A stretch of DNA of 30,799 nt, taken from the IMG/VR virus record IMGVR_UViG_3300025676_000667, positions 1-30,799 of that record. The stretch is one strand, 5' to 3'. This DNA comes from a virus (Duplodnaviria; Caudoviricetes). The notes under the pieces are model-generated. The model was not told the origin of the DNA and made no database searches. It saw only the letters and a list, made by a program, of their open reading frames with translations. The number at the start of each line of letters is the position of its first letter. Within the stretch, counting starts at the first letter, position 1. Below, in pieces: positions 17,095 to 26,047 of the stretch. The position numbers were made by a program, and so were the translations under genes.

Positions 17095-18127
17095 TAGACT
17101 CCTTGATTTTCTTTTCAATTTCTTCTTTTACTCTGTCCCTCAATGGTCTTGCGTATTCTTTTGCTCTCTCATAATTTTCATCAATATATGGCTTCATCTG
17201 TTCATATGTTTCTGGAGTAATCTGATTGCACAATTCTATAATATCGGATTCGCTATCAACGATTATCATTCCTCTTATATCAAAGAAATCACCAATGTTC
17301 GGACATCCCCAATAAATTGGAACTGTCTTTGTGATTAATGCATCGATTAGTTTTTCAGAAAAGTAGTTGTCAACAGAAGTACTTTCGATTGAAATATGAA
17401 ATTGAGAACTAAAAAGTTTTGCTTTATCATCTTTTGGTAAAAGGAACATTGCATCATCGGCACTCCAAGACATGGGGTCCCTTTGAAAATTCATTTGTCT
17501 GTACATTTCCATACTTTTGATATCCATTCTGACGGGATATCTTGTACTGCTATAAAATAGAGTAGGATTCTTAATTAGCAACCTTTTAACAAAAGCATCT
17601 TTTCTTTTGTTATATCCTTCTAAATCTCTGCTATGGAATGTGCAAAGAAAACTTATTTCAAATCTTTTGTTGTCGTGTAAGTTTTCTAATGATATGTCAT
17701 ATGAGCCCAGTCCGTCTGGATGGTTTATGTTTTCTAAGTTCTTATTTAACCAAGTAGAGCCATATGGAAACATTACTGCATTTTTACACTTATCTAAAAT
17801 TTCTACATCTGTTGTTAATATTAAATCATATGCATGTTTCCATTGAAGTACCATATCTATAGGTTCTCTGTTTGGAGAAGTAACTGGTTCTGTGGTTGTC
17901 ATATAAACTTTAAATGCATCTGGATTGTCAAAGTGTAATGAATTTGGAGTAGATTTACCATCATCATATGCACCCATGAATGGGTGTTCTTTTTTCCATT
18001 CTACAAAATCAACAGAACCCATATTAGTATTTTTAAACCTACACACATCTATTTCTACAGGAATATCAAACATCATTGGTTCATCCCCAAACAAATAATA
18101 AGAATTAAAAGAAATTGCTCTATGCAT
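17075..18127 (-). CDS. GT10-like (alpha-1,3/4-fucosyltransferase-like) glycosyltransferase
   Basis: FHISIESTSVDNYFSEKLIDALITKTVPIYWG matches the GT10 F.l.fEN...DY.TEK...A....VP...G motif. Confidence 0.75.
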   Translation of the reverse strand: MHRAISFNSYYLFGDEPMMFDIPVEIDVCRFKNTNMGSVDFVEWKKEHPFMGAYDDGKSTPNSLHFDNPDAFKVYMTTTEPVTSPNREPIDMVLQWKHAYDLILTTDVEILDKCKNAVMFPYGSTWLNKNLENINHPDGLGSYDISLENLHDNKRFEISFLCTFHSRDLEGYNKRKDAFVKRLLIKNPTLFYSSTRYPVRMDIKSMEMYRQMNFQRDPMSWSADDAMFLLPKDDKAKLFSSQFHISIESTSVDNYFSEKLIDALITKTVPIYWGCPNIGDFFDIRGMIIVDSESDIIELCNQITPETYEQMKPYIDENYERAKEYARPLRDRVKEEIEKKIKESNVKQNS

Positions 18128-19004
18128 TTAGTTCCCCTATCTTTTCATATATCATGTCATCTGCTAACTTCATATTTTTTACTCTCTCAAAATTGTCTGC
18201 TATTGCTTCTTTTCTATTATGGTATTCTGACTCATCAATGTCTTTAATAGTTTTGCACATATCTTCTATACTTCCTTCAAGAAATATTATACCTTCTGTG
18301 TTAAAATAATCACCTATTGACTTTGGTCCATAGTAAAGAGGAACTGTACCTGTTGCAAAACAATCTGTGATTTTCTCTGTAAAATATGTGTCGTACACAT
18401 CATTTTCCACAACAACAGAAAACATATAATCATTTAGTGCTTCCGATTTATCATGCCAAGGACTTGTATGTCCTTTAATATGACACCTAGGTCTATGTCC
18501 TAAAGGAATGTCAGTTATAGTTCCATAAGAATGTACTACATCTTTTATTTTATCATATAATTCATGTCGTATCTCATGACCTTTACACATTTTTTTATTA
18601 GAAGAAATGAAAGATATTAATCTAGCCTTATCGTATATTTTATAGTTCTTTTCTGGAATCCATGGCAGATTGCTTCCCGCAAGAGAAAAATTAATCTTTT
18701 CATGTTTATCAACCAATTCTTTTTCACAAGTAAAAATTCCATCATAAGCATCTACAAGAGCATTTAATACATTTTCATTATCAAATGCTTGTCTAAGTAT
18801 AGGACAAATGGCTCTAGATTCACAAAACCACGCATATCGTTTTTTACCATTTGCTCTGGGGTACATACATCCTTCTGGTATTGTATTGTCCATCCAAATC
18901 TCAATCTCTTGTTCTGTGTCTGTCCATGTAAAATTTTCTGGAGTTCTATTAGAACAAGAAGATTGATGATGACTGAATGGTATTCCTCTGCCTTGAATTT
19001 TCAT
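18120..19004 (-). CDS. GT10-like (alpha-1,3/4-fucosyltransferase-like) glycosyltransferase
   Basis: SFISSNK, YMFSVVVENDVYDTYFTEKITDCFATGTVPLYYG. Start 19004 chosen for the ATGA overlap (track start 19028). Confidence 0.78.
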   Translation of the reverse strand: MKIQGRGIPFSHHQSSCSNRTPENFTWTDTEQEIEIWMDNTIPEGCMYPRANGKKRYAWFCESRAICPILRQAFDNENVLNALVDAYDGIFTCEKELVDKHEKINFSLAGSNLPWIPEKNYKIYDKARLISFISSNKKMCKGHEIRHELYDKIKDVVHSYGTITDIPLGHRPRCHIKGHTSPWHDKSEALNDYMFSVVVENDVYDTYFTEKITDCFATGTVPLYYGPKSIGDYFNTEGIIFLEGSIEDMCKTIKDIDESEYHNRKEAIADNFERVKNMKLADDMIYEKIGELNA

Positions 19005-19639
19005 TCTGCATCCCCTGGAGATTGCCATTTTATTAAATCTTCATCAATACCAAGATTTCTTAAAGATTCCATTTTACCTTCAGAGTCTGCAAGTCCCATA
19101 GTTATACAAGTATTTTCATTGGTATATCCTGGCCATGTGCAATATTCTCCACCGACCATTGCAACTTTCATCTGTTTAACAAACATAGGAATTAATTGAA
19201 AAAGAGGTTCGTGGTCAAAAATACCTTTATCGTTTTCAATAATATCTCTCGTTGTGGAAATCCATGCATGTATAAATTCTTTGGCTTTTGGAGTGTTGCC
19301 AAAATACATTGGAGATGCTCTTACTCCAGTTATGTTAGTATTAGATGATGTAATTCCCATATCTGTATCATCATCAAAAGAATCAAAAATATCTAACGGT
19401 TTGTGTAGTTTGCTGTCAATATCCATCCATAAAACAGGACGATTGAGTTCTTCCATTGTATCTAAAATAAATTGTGGTTTGCTAAGACAGTTCAGTTGGT
19501 ATGTACCAAGAGATTCTTTCTCTTTAATGTGATATGGAATGCTCAGAGATTCACATTCTTTTATGATTCTATCAGCATTATCACTGTAATATGTTCTGTC
19601 TTCTATGTCACTATAGAAACTTATAAGCACCGTGTTCAT
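19001..19639 (-). CDS. Putative GT-A glycosyltransferase
   Basis: KPQFI, VLWMDIDS (DxD), ASPMYF, DH motif; GAGG SD upstream. Confidence 0.65.
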   Translation of the reverse strand: MNTVLISFYSDIEDRTYYSDNADRIIKECESLSIPYHIKEKESLGTYQLNCLSKPQFILDTMEELNRPVLWMDIDSKLHKPLDIFDSFDDDTDMGITSSNTNITGVRASPMYFGNTPKAKEFIHAWISTTRDIIENDKGIFDHEPLFQLIPMFVKQMKVAMVGGEYCTWPGYTNENTCITMGLADSEGKMESLRNLGIDEDLIKWQSPGDAE

Positions 19640-19656
19640 AATAAAAAATCCTCATT

Positions 19657-20061
19657 TTAACTGTTTCCTATATGATATTTAGGTATCATTTCCCATTCAC
19701 TTTTTTCCTTATGGGAGATGATTTTTATTTTATTCACTCCCAACATTGGCTCATCTTCTTCAAACTCATCTATGACGCCTATTAGTCCCCATTCATCTAA
19801 TAATTTAGCAATGGTATTTCGTCTGCCGATGTCATCATCTGATATGTCACTTTCTAGTCCATCTAGAATAAATAATTCTTTAAAATGCATAATAGCATAT
19901 CTTCCTCTCTTGTGAAGAATATGACATGATTGATATAATTTTTTTTCTTTTCTGGACGAAATGCCCATTCTTGTCAAAGTTTCTTTTACTTTTAAGAAAT
20001 CTTCGTCTGAATGTAATTTTACTTCAACACCTAATCCGTTAAATATGTCTTCTTGTTCCAT
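19657..20061 (-). CDS. regA: T4-like translational repressor RegA
   Basis: DFLKVKETLTRMGI...LYQSCHILHK.GRY.I.HFKELF.LDG...RRNTIA.LL.EWGL...W...PKY.IG; follows gp62. Confidence 0.96.
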   Translation of the reverse strand: MEQEDIFNGLGVEVKLHSDEDFLKVKETLTRMGISSRKEKKLYQSCHILHKRGRYAIMHFKELFILDGLESDISDDDIGRRNTIAKLLDEWGLIGVIDEFEEDEPMLGVNKIKIISHKEKSEWEMIPKYHIGNS

Positions 20062-20092
20062 AATTAGTATTCCTATTAACCACCTGTTTCAT

Positions 20093-20100
20093 AATATATA
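20093..20100 (-). promoter_or_regulatory. Candidate T4-type late promoter variant (TATATATT)
   Basis: In the gp62-regA gap; resembles TATAAATA; ends 32 nt from the regA ATG, the same as the motif at 2489-2496. Confidence 0.35.
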
Positions 20101-20105
20101 GGTAA

Positions 20106-20498
20106 TTATGGATTTATACCGCCGCCAGTAAGGTATACTCTCATTTGTTCAATTTCTTCATCGTTTAACAAGTCCATTATCTCTGTTGCTTTTGTATTGG
20201 AGTATCCATAATACTCTTTTACCGTTTCTAGTTTGTCAGTAATTTCTTTTTTCTGCCATTTACTGAATCTCTTTCGTTTTCTTATTGCTTCTCTATAATA
20301 ATCAAATTGCATCTTCTTATCTGCGGAAGAAAATCTGTTTATCTCATTTACATGAATAACCGTATCTATAAAATAAGATAAACACCTATTAATTATAAAT
20401 GGTGTATACTTCTTCTCTACCTGTTCATCCTCTGTGTCCATTAGAGGTTCTTTGGTATAGTTTATTGCATTAAGATATTCACCCAGTTTCATCTTCAA
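20106..20498 (-). CDS. gp62: T4-like clamp loader small subunit gp62
   Basis: YLNAINYTK, YTPFIINRCLS.F.DT...NE.N, MQFDYY...IRKRKRFSKW, VKEYYGYS..KA, GG end; directly upstream of regA. Confidence 0.93.
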   Translation of the reverse strand: MKMKLGEYLNAINYTKEPLMDTEDEQVEKKYTPFIINRCLSYFIDTVIHVNEINRFSSADKKMQFDYYREAIRKRKRFSKWQKKEITDKLETVKEYYGYSNTKATEIMDLLNDEEIEQMRVYLTGGGINP

Positions 20499-20796
20499 AA
20501 ACCACTGCTAGTACATGTTCTCGTTTGATTATATCAAAATCGGCATGTATTCCTATTCTGGAAGTTGCATCATAAAGAATTGTGCTTCCTACCGTAAAGT
20601 CAACAGTTCTGGCATCAGGAAAAGTTCCATCAGAATCAGGAAGTCCCTTTCCCATAGATACAATCTTTGCTTCAACGCTTGTGCTGTCAAGCATCTGACT
20701 CTTTTTAATAATAAGTCCACTTTCTGTGACTTCTTCTTTGTCGTAATCTACCTTTTCTAAAATTAGGTAATCACCTTGTGCTAATATTTTTGTCAT
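20479..20796 (-). CDS. GroES/Cpn10-like co-chaperonin (functional analogue of T4 gp31)
   Basis: GDYLILE, mobile loop EEVTESGLII, AKIVSMGKG, VG..ILY, II....VLAV. Confidence 0.75.
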   Translation of the reverse strand: MTKILAQGDYLILEKVDYDKEEVTESGLIIKKSQMLDSTSVEAKIVSMGKGLPDSDGTFPDARTVDFTVGSTILYDATSRIGIHADFDIIKREHVLAVVFEDETG

Positions 20797-20797
20797 T

Positions 20798-21448
20798 TTA
20801 TGTCTCTTTCAATTTACTCATAAATTCTTTTACTTCTTTCTGTCTAACTACCTCATGTGTCTTTGTGACTTCAGTGTCCCAAAAATAATGATACATTACT
20901 TTATCCAATATAATTTCATTTTTTAATAGTCCTGAATCGAGTAACCTGTTACAGTAATCACTATCTTCTCCAAAATTTTGTTCGAGAAATTTTATCTGTT
21001 TTACAATTTCTGTTCTTGTCGGATTTATGTGATTTATTGTTCTATATTGAATGCCTTCATCATCTGTATATGAACTACCATATTTATTTGCGTGTTTAAA
21101 TACCATTATAAACTTTCCGTGTATATAATATTTTCCTGAAAATCCTATACAGTCTAAATCATCATTATTTTCAATTATATTAACAATTTCTTTAATATAT
21201 GAACTATCTACTTTATCATCATCATCAACAAAAGAAATAAATTTACCATTTGCTTGTTCTAATATTTCATTCCTTTTTTGTCCTACTAATTTTTCTCCAC
21301 CATCAGCATTTACTATAATTTCAACCTTTTTTTCTGTTTCTTCGTCCATTTGATTTTTAAAATCCTCAAGAATTGAATTGAGCATATCTTTTCTTTCATC
21401 TAACGAACAAATACCAATGGATAAAAGTTTACAATCTTTGTTCGTCAT
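20798..21448 (-). CDS. GT2-like (GT-A) glycosyltransferase
   Basis: LSIGI, VGQKRN...A.G.FISFVDDDD, GEDSDY, MYHY. Confidence 0.8.
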   Translation of the reverse strand: MTNKDCKLLSIGICSLDERKDMLNSILEDFKNQMDEETEKKVEIIVNADGGEKLVGQKRNEILEQANGKFISFVDDDDKVDSSYIKEIVNIIENNDDLDCIGFSGKYYIHGKFIMVFKHANKYGSSYTDDEGIQYRTINHINPTRTEIVKQIKFLEQNFGEDSDYCNRLLDSGLLKNEIILDKVMYHYFWDTEVTKTHEVVRQKEVKEFMSKLKET

Positions 21449-22383
21449 TTGAATTCACATCCCATCATAAGTTCTACTATACATGCCACTAAATTAATTT
21501 CTTGGTCTGCTACAAACGCAGACTTGTATTGATATTCTGCTAAAATCAAAACTGCTTGTGGAATAGAAGACGATGTTGTATGTTCGTACAATCCATCATA
21601 AACTTTCCTAAACAATTCTGACGGAGAATTGTCTAGATTCTCCACTGCCCATTTTCTCGCATTGGTAAAGTCTTTATTCTTCATATGACTTACCAAGTCT
21701 TTGATGTGTATCTCGCCTATTTGGGTGAGAATCCCCACATCAATTCCTCCAGACACCGAGTATCTCTGTAACTCGTTAATAATCCTACGAAAATCTGGAA
21801 AATGTTTCATTATAACTTCTACAACAACCTTTTCCTCATAAGAAACACCTTCGGTGTCTAAAATATGTTTTACTCTATCCATAAATTGAGATGCCAAATT
21901 TGGTTTCTCTTTCTTTGGAACTGTAAAATTAATTGTTGTGCATCTGGAATGTAGAGGTTCTATAATTCTATTCTTAAAATTACAAGTAAGAATAAATCTA
22001 CAATTTTCACTAAATTCTTCAATAAACCCACGAAGTGCAGGCTGTGTAGATTGAGCATTTGAATAATCAAACTCATCAAGAATTACAATCTTCTTAGAAC
22101 CAGACAAAGACACTGTACTGGCAAAATTACGAATCTTTGTTCGGAGTGTGTCGATGTTTCCATCTTCTGAACAGTTAATCATAATAAAATCGGTATCGAG
22201 TTCACTGCATAATGCTTTAGCGATTGTGGTTTTACCGCACCCCGCGCCCCCAGCGAGCAATAGATTTTGTACTTCTCCAGAATCAACCATTTGTTTAAAG
22301 GTGGTCTTGATAGATTCAGGAAGAATGCAATCATCTATTGTCTTTGGTCTGTATTTTTCAACCCATATATATTCGTTATTCAT
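21445..22383 (-). CDS. gp44: T4-like clamp loader AAA+ subunit gp44
   Basis: WVEKYRP..I.DCILP, Walker A GGAGCGKTT, Walker B ILDEFD, LHSRC, FPDFRR, DQEINL. Confidence 0.96.
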   Translation of the reverse strand: MNNEYIWVEKYRPKTIDDCILPESIKTTFKQMVDSGEVQNLLLAGGAGCGKTTIAKALCSELDTDFIMINCSEDGNIDTLRTKIRNFASTVSLSGSKKIVILDEFDYSNAQSTQPALRGFIEEFSENCRFILTCNFKNRIIEPLHSRCTTINFTVPKKEKPNLASQFMDRVKHILDTEGVSYEEKVVVEVIMKHFPDFRRIINELQRYSVSGGIDVGILTQIGEIHIKDLVSHMKNKDFTNARKWAVENLDNSPSELFRKVYDGLYEHTTSSSIPQAVLILAEYQYKSAFVADQEINLVACIVELMMGCEFK

Positions 22384-22385
22384 TT

Positions 22386-23402
22386 TTATCTCACCGCATC
22401 ATATGGTGTATGGACATCTTTAAATGCCTTACTATAGTTTTCATCACTTACAACCATATCATCCATTAAAGTTTCAAAAGTATATTCTGGAATCCATCCA
22501 ATTTCATCACGAAGTTTACTTGAATCACCTTTCAGGTCATGAAGTTCTTCTGGCCGTAAATATTTTTCATCTAATACAACATAATCTTTGTAATCCATTC
22601 CAAGTTTATCGAAGACATATTCACAACAATCACGAACACTATGCGACACACCTGTTGCACAAACATAATCATCGGCATTTTCTTGTTGTAACATCATCCA
22701 CATTGCACGGACATAATCTTTTGCATGTCCCCAATCTCTTCGTGCATCTAAATTGCCCATACGAAGTTCTTTTGCTTCTCCAGCGGCAATTGCAATTGCA
22801 CCTTTGACAATTTTACTTGTTACGAAATTTGAACCTCGTCTTGGTGATTCGTGGTTGAATAGAATTCCATTACTAATAAACATATTGTAAGAATTTCTAT
22901 AATTCCTTCCAAGGTGGAAGGAATAAACCTTTGCACAACCGTAAGGACTTACTGGCATCATTGGTGTTGTTTCTCTTTGAAATCCATCATCATCAGTACA
23001 ATTACCAAACATTTCAGAAGAACTTGCTTGATATATCTTTGCATATGGACATGTAATACGGCACGCTTCAAATACATTCAGCACACCAATTGCATCTGTC
23101 TGTGATGTGTAAATTGGAATATCAAAACTAATTCTAACATGCGATTGTGCCGCAAGATTGTATACTTCGTATGGTTGAACATCTTGAAGAATATGAATCA
23201 GTGATGTCAAATCTGTTAAATCACCATAATGAAGTATTAGCCGTTCATGTTCATAAATCTTTTCTAATCTTGCAGTTTGGTTTTCTGCAACTGAGTTCCT
23301 TCGGAGAATGCCATGAACATAATATCCTTTCTCTAATAAAAACTCTGCAAGATAAGAACCATCCTGTCCACTTATTCCTGTAATCAATGCTACTTTTTTC
23401 AT
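22386..23402 (-). CDS. gmd: GDP-mannose 4,6-dehydratase
   Basis: ITGISGQDGSYLAEFLL, YNLAAQSHV, YQASSSE, SPYGCAK, LFNHESPRRG, RDWGHAKDYV. Confidence 0.97.
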   Translation of the reverse strand: MKKVALITGISGQDGSYLAEFLLEKGYYVHGILRRNSVAENQTARLEKIYEHERLILHYGDLTDLTSLIHILQDVQPYEVYNLAAQSHVRISFDIPIYTSQTDAIGVLNVFEACRITCPYAKIYQASSSEMFGNCTDDDGFQRETTPMMPVSPYGCAKVYSFHLGRNYRNSYNMFISNGILFNHESPRRGSNFVTSKIVKGAIAIAAGEAKELRMGNLDARRDWGHAKDYVRAMWMMLQQENADDYVCATGVSHSVRDCCEYVFDKLGMDYKDYVVLDEKYLRPEELHDLKGDSSKLRDEIGWIPEYTFETLMDDMVVSDENYSKAFKDVHTPYDAVR

Positions 23403-24298
23403 TTTCTCACCTTATCATAATTTTCAATAAACCAATCAATACTCTTTTGTAAACCTTCCTCTATCGGTGTAAACTTAAAGTCAGGAAGTATAGATTTTAA
23501 CTTACTATTGTCTGATGGTTTTTTCAATTGACCATCTCTTTCTTGATTATATATAATATTTCCTTCATATTCCATTCTCCATGCAATATGTTGTGCAACT
23601 TCTGTTATGCTAATTTCTTCGTCTGGAGAAATAATTAGAGGTTCTGCATCATTATAATTTTCTAGAACCCATTGTGTAATATATCCAACATCTTCTGCGT
23701 AAATAAATTCCCGATATGCTTTACCTGTTCCCCAAACTTCAAAATTTGTATTATTCTGTTTTGCTAAATAACACTTATGAATCAATCCAGGTATCACATG
23801 ACTACTATCCAAATCAAAATTATCATTTGGTCCATAAATGTTGCACGGTATAACTGTAACGAAATTACATCCATACTGTTCTCTATATGCTCTACTTTGA
23901 ACTTCTAACATTCTTTTTGCATATCCATATGCGTAATTTGTGTGGTGTGGTTCACCGTTGTGTATTTGTTCTACGGTTAATGGATATGTAGCACCTGAAG
24001 GGAAAACACAAGTAGACATAAAAGAAACAACCTTATTGATGCCGGTTCTTCTTGCCGCTTCAAGAACATTTATGTTCATGGCAATGTTGTCATAAAAGAA
24101 TTCACCAAGATGGTCAGAATTTGCTTTTATACCACCCACCTTTGCGGCACAATGAATAATAGAATCTATTTTGTTTAGAGAAATATATAGAATAATATCA
24201 TCAATATTCATAAGATTTAATTGTTTACTTGTGGGTTTAAAATCAGATTCAATAGTTGAACCTACCAATCCGCTACCACCTGTAACTAAAGTATTCAT
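23399..24298 (-). CDS. fcl: GDP-L-fucose synthase
   Basis: TGGSGLVG, AAKVGGI.AN, STCVFP, YAYGYAKR, PCNIYGP.DNF, SHVIPGL, VWGTG...REFIY; adjacent to gmd. Confidence 0.95.
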   Translation of the reverse strand: MNTLVTGGSGLVGSTIESDFKPTSKQLNLMNIDDIILYISLNKIDSIIHCAAKVGGIKANSDHLGEFFYDNIAMNINVLEAARRTGINKVVSFMSTCVFPSGATYPLTVEQIHNGEPHHTNYAYGYAKRMLEVQSRAYREQYGCNFVTVIPCNIYGPNDNFDLDSSHVIPGLIHKCYLAKQNNTNFEVWGTGKAYREFIYAEDVGYITQWVLENYNDAEPLIISPDEEISITEVAQHIAWRMEYEGNIIYNQERDGQLKKPSDNSKLKSILPDFKFTPIEEGLQKSIDWFIENYDKVRK

Positions 24299-24299
24299 A

Positions 24300-24992
24300 T
24301 TAACCCTTGTATGTAGAATCAGATTCTAATGCGACCCAGTATGTGAGGTCATCATTGACTCTATTAAATTCACTAACTACCTTATCGCTAATGTTGATAT
24401 CATAATCTCCTGGCAACATTTTAAGATTTTCTGCTTTAAAATTAAAATTAAAATCTGCACCTGTTGGATTTTTTCCGATAGTAACAGAATAATTATTTGT
24501 TGTAGAATCTGATTTGTCTAATGCAACGATTTCAATATCTTCTTCGTTTGAACGAATCGCAATATCAGATACCTGCAATACAGAAGCCGCACGAAGAATA
24601 TCACTAAACACAGACTGTGTTAATGTACAACTTACTACTGTTTCTGGCATATTAATCTTTTTATTTACTGTTGTTAACAATCTTGGTTCTGAATAGTAAT
24701 AAGTAACCTCTGTTGAGTTATTTTCTTCTCGTATTTTAACATACTTTTCGTGGAATTCATATTCTGGTTTGTTGAATAATGAAACTGTTCCTAAGAACTT
24801 GCTCAAATCCCAGATACCAAATTCTGTATCGAAATCTTCTTCTATAGTTGCTTCTGCCATAACATTCTTGATTGGGGAAATTGTATTAATTACATTTCCT
24901 GGTCTAACAAGAATGTTAGAATTTATTGTAGAAAAGTTTTTGAGAACATCTAATGTTCTACTTGAAAGGGTTATCGCAGTTTGCGTTGTCAT
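24300..24992 (-). CDS. gp45: T4-like DNA polymerase sliding clamp gp45
   Basis: LS..TL.VLKNFS.IN..I, FGI.DL..FL, F.FK.ENLK.LPGDY, YWVALE.DS; GGAG SD. Confidence 0.95.
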   Translation of the reverse strand: MTTQTAITLSSRTLDVLKNFSTINSNILVRPGNVINTISPIKNVMAEATIEEDFDTEFGIWDLSKFLGTVSLFNKPEYEFHEKYVKIREENNSTEVTYYYSEPRLLTTVNKKINMPETVVSCTLTQSVFSDILRAASVLQVSDIAIRSNEEDIEIVALDKSDSTTNNYSVTIGKNPTGADFNFNFKAENLKMLPGDYDINISDKVVSEFNRVNDDLTYWVALESDSTYKG

Positions 24993-25009
24993 AATATATC
25001 TCCATTGAC

Positions 25010-25195
25010 TTAATTTTCGTCATTCACATAATCTTGATATGCATCCATATCAACTGTACCATCCATTATACCACGCAAAGCATCTTTGTCAAAATGTCTT
25101 TTCGATTTTCTTTGGTGTTTTTTCTTTTTGCCCCTGTTCTTCATCGCCCTATAATCTTCGGCATCAACTTTGCCTGTTTTCTTCTTTTTGCTCAC
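25010..25195 (-). CDS. Small hypothetical protein (basic N-terminus, acidic C-terminus)
   Basis: 61-aa ORF with GTG start and GAGGAG SD fills the rnh-gp45 gap. Confidence 0.65.
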   Translation of the reverse strand: MSKKKKTGKVDAEDYRAMKNRGKKKKHQRKSKRHFDKDALRGIMDGTVDMDAYQDYVNDEN

Positions 25196-25198
25196 AAT

Positions 25199-26032
25199 TT
25201 AAAACTCCTCTATGTGTTGCATTAAGTTTTTCAGCCTATTGTCGATAAAATAATTTAAAATGTTGCTTCTACTTCCCATAGGCTCTTTTTCAAATTCTCT
25301 AATTATCATATCTCTAATTTCATCGGGTATATAATTAAAATCAATCATTTGTTGGTTTCTTTTCCAATTTGGAGTATCTGTTAATTCGTCTAAATGCTCT
25401 TTTAGTTTACAAATCTTTTTTGCTCCACAAGGCTTTTGTCTTTTTTCTTTATTTACGAAAGTATCATCGTCAGAAAGAATATTTGGTATTCCATCTGAAG
25501 AATCTCCTTTTATTATGTGTTCTAATATGAAATTCTCTGGTTCTTCACATGCAATATAACTTCTCTTTAATGGGCTATATTGTTTAACATTTTCATATTT
25601 TTGTAGTTGCTGAAAGTCTTTATCACTCGAAACAATTAATATTTTTTCTTCTTTATTATACTTTTGGCACAAAACTGCAATAATATCGTCTGCTTCTACT
25701 CTATTAAGTTTTAGGTTTTTATATGGAAAATTCAAAGATATTTCATTATACATTGTGTTCATAATATCATGTACAGCGTTCCAATCTAAATCTGATTTGT
25801 CCCTATTCTTTTTTCTATTTGCTTTATAGTATGGGTATAAATCTTTTCGCCAATATTTACCACCATCATGACAAATTACTATCTCTCCATACTGGTTTCC
25901 AAATTTAGTCCTATACATTCGATATGTGTTTAATATCAAATGTCGGATTATGTCTTCGTCTATTTCCATATTCATTTTTAAAGATTGGTATAAACTTGCG
26001 ATAATCAACTGATTGTTGTCTAATAATATAAT
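25199..26032 (-). CDS. rnh: T4-like RNase H (5'-3' exonuclease, FEN family)
   Basis: RHLILN, CHD..KYWR...YYKANRK, EADDIIA, SSDKDF.QL, GDSSDGIPN. The conserved N-terminal ILLD..Q strand lies upstream of the track start (TTG 26008), so the start is extended to ATT 26032. Confidence 0.93.
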   Translation of the reverse strand: MILLDNNQLIIASLYQSLKMNMEIDEDIIRHLILNTYRMYRTKFGNQYGEIVICHDGGKYWRKDLYPYYKANRKKNRDKSDLDWNAVHDIMNTMYNEISLNFPYKNLKLNRVEADDIIAVLCQKYNKEEKILIVSSDKDFQQLQKYENVKQYSPLKRSYIACEEPENFILEHIIKGDSSDGIPNILSDDDTFVNKEKRQKPCGAKKICKLKEHLDELTDTPNWKRNQQMIDFNYIPDEIRDMIIREFEKEPMGSRSNILNYFIDNRLKNLMQHIEEF

Positions 26033-26047
26033 AACGAAATACTCACT

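Noticed and set aside
2499-19639. Bacterial O-antigen/capsule locus or contig chimera
   Set aside because: No wzx/wzy/wzm/kps-type genes; seamless same-strand junctions with regA and fibre genes; sugar genes are also interleaved in the phage core operon.
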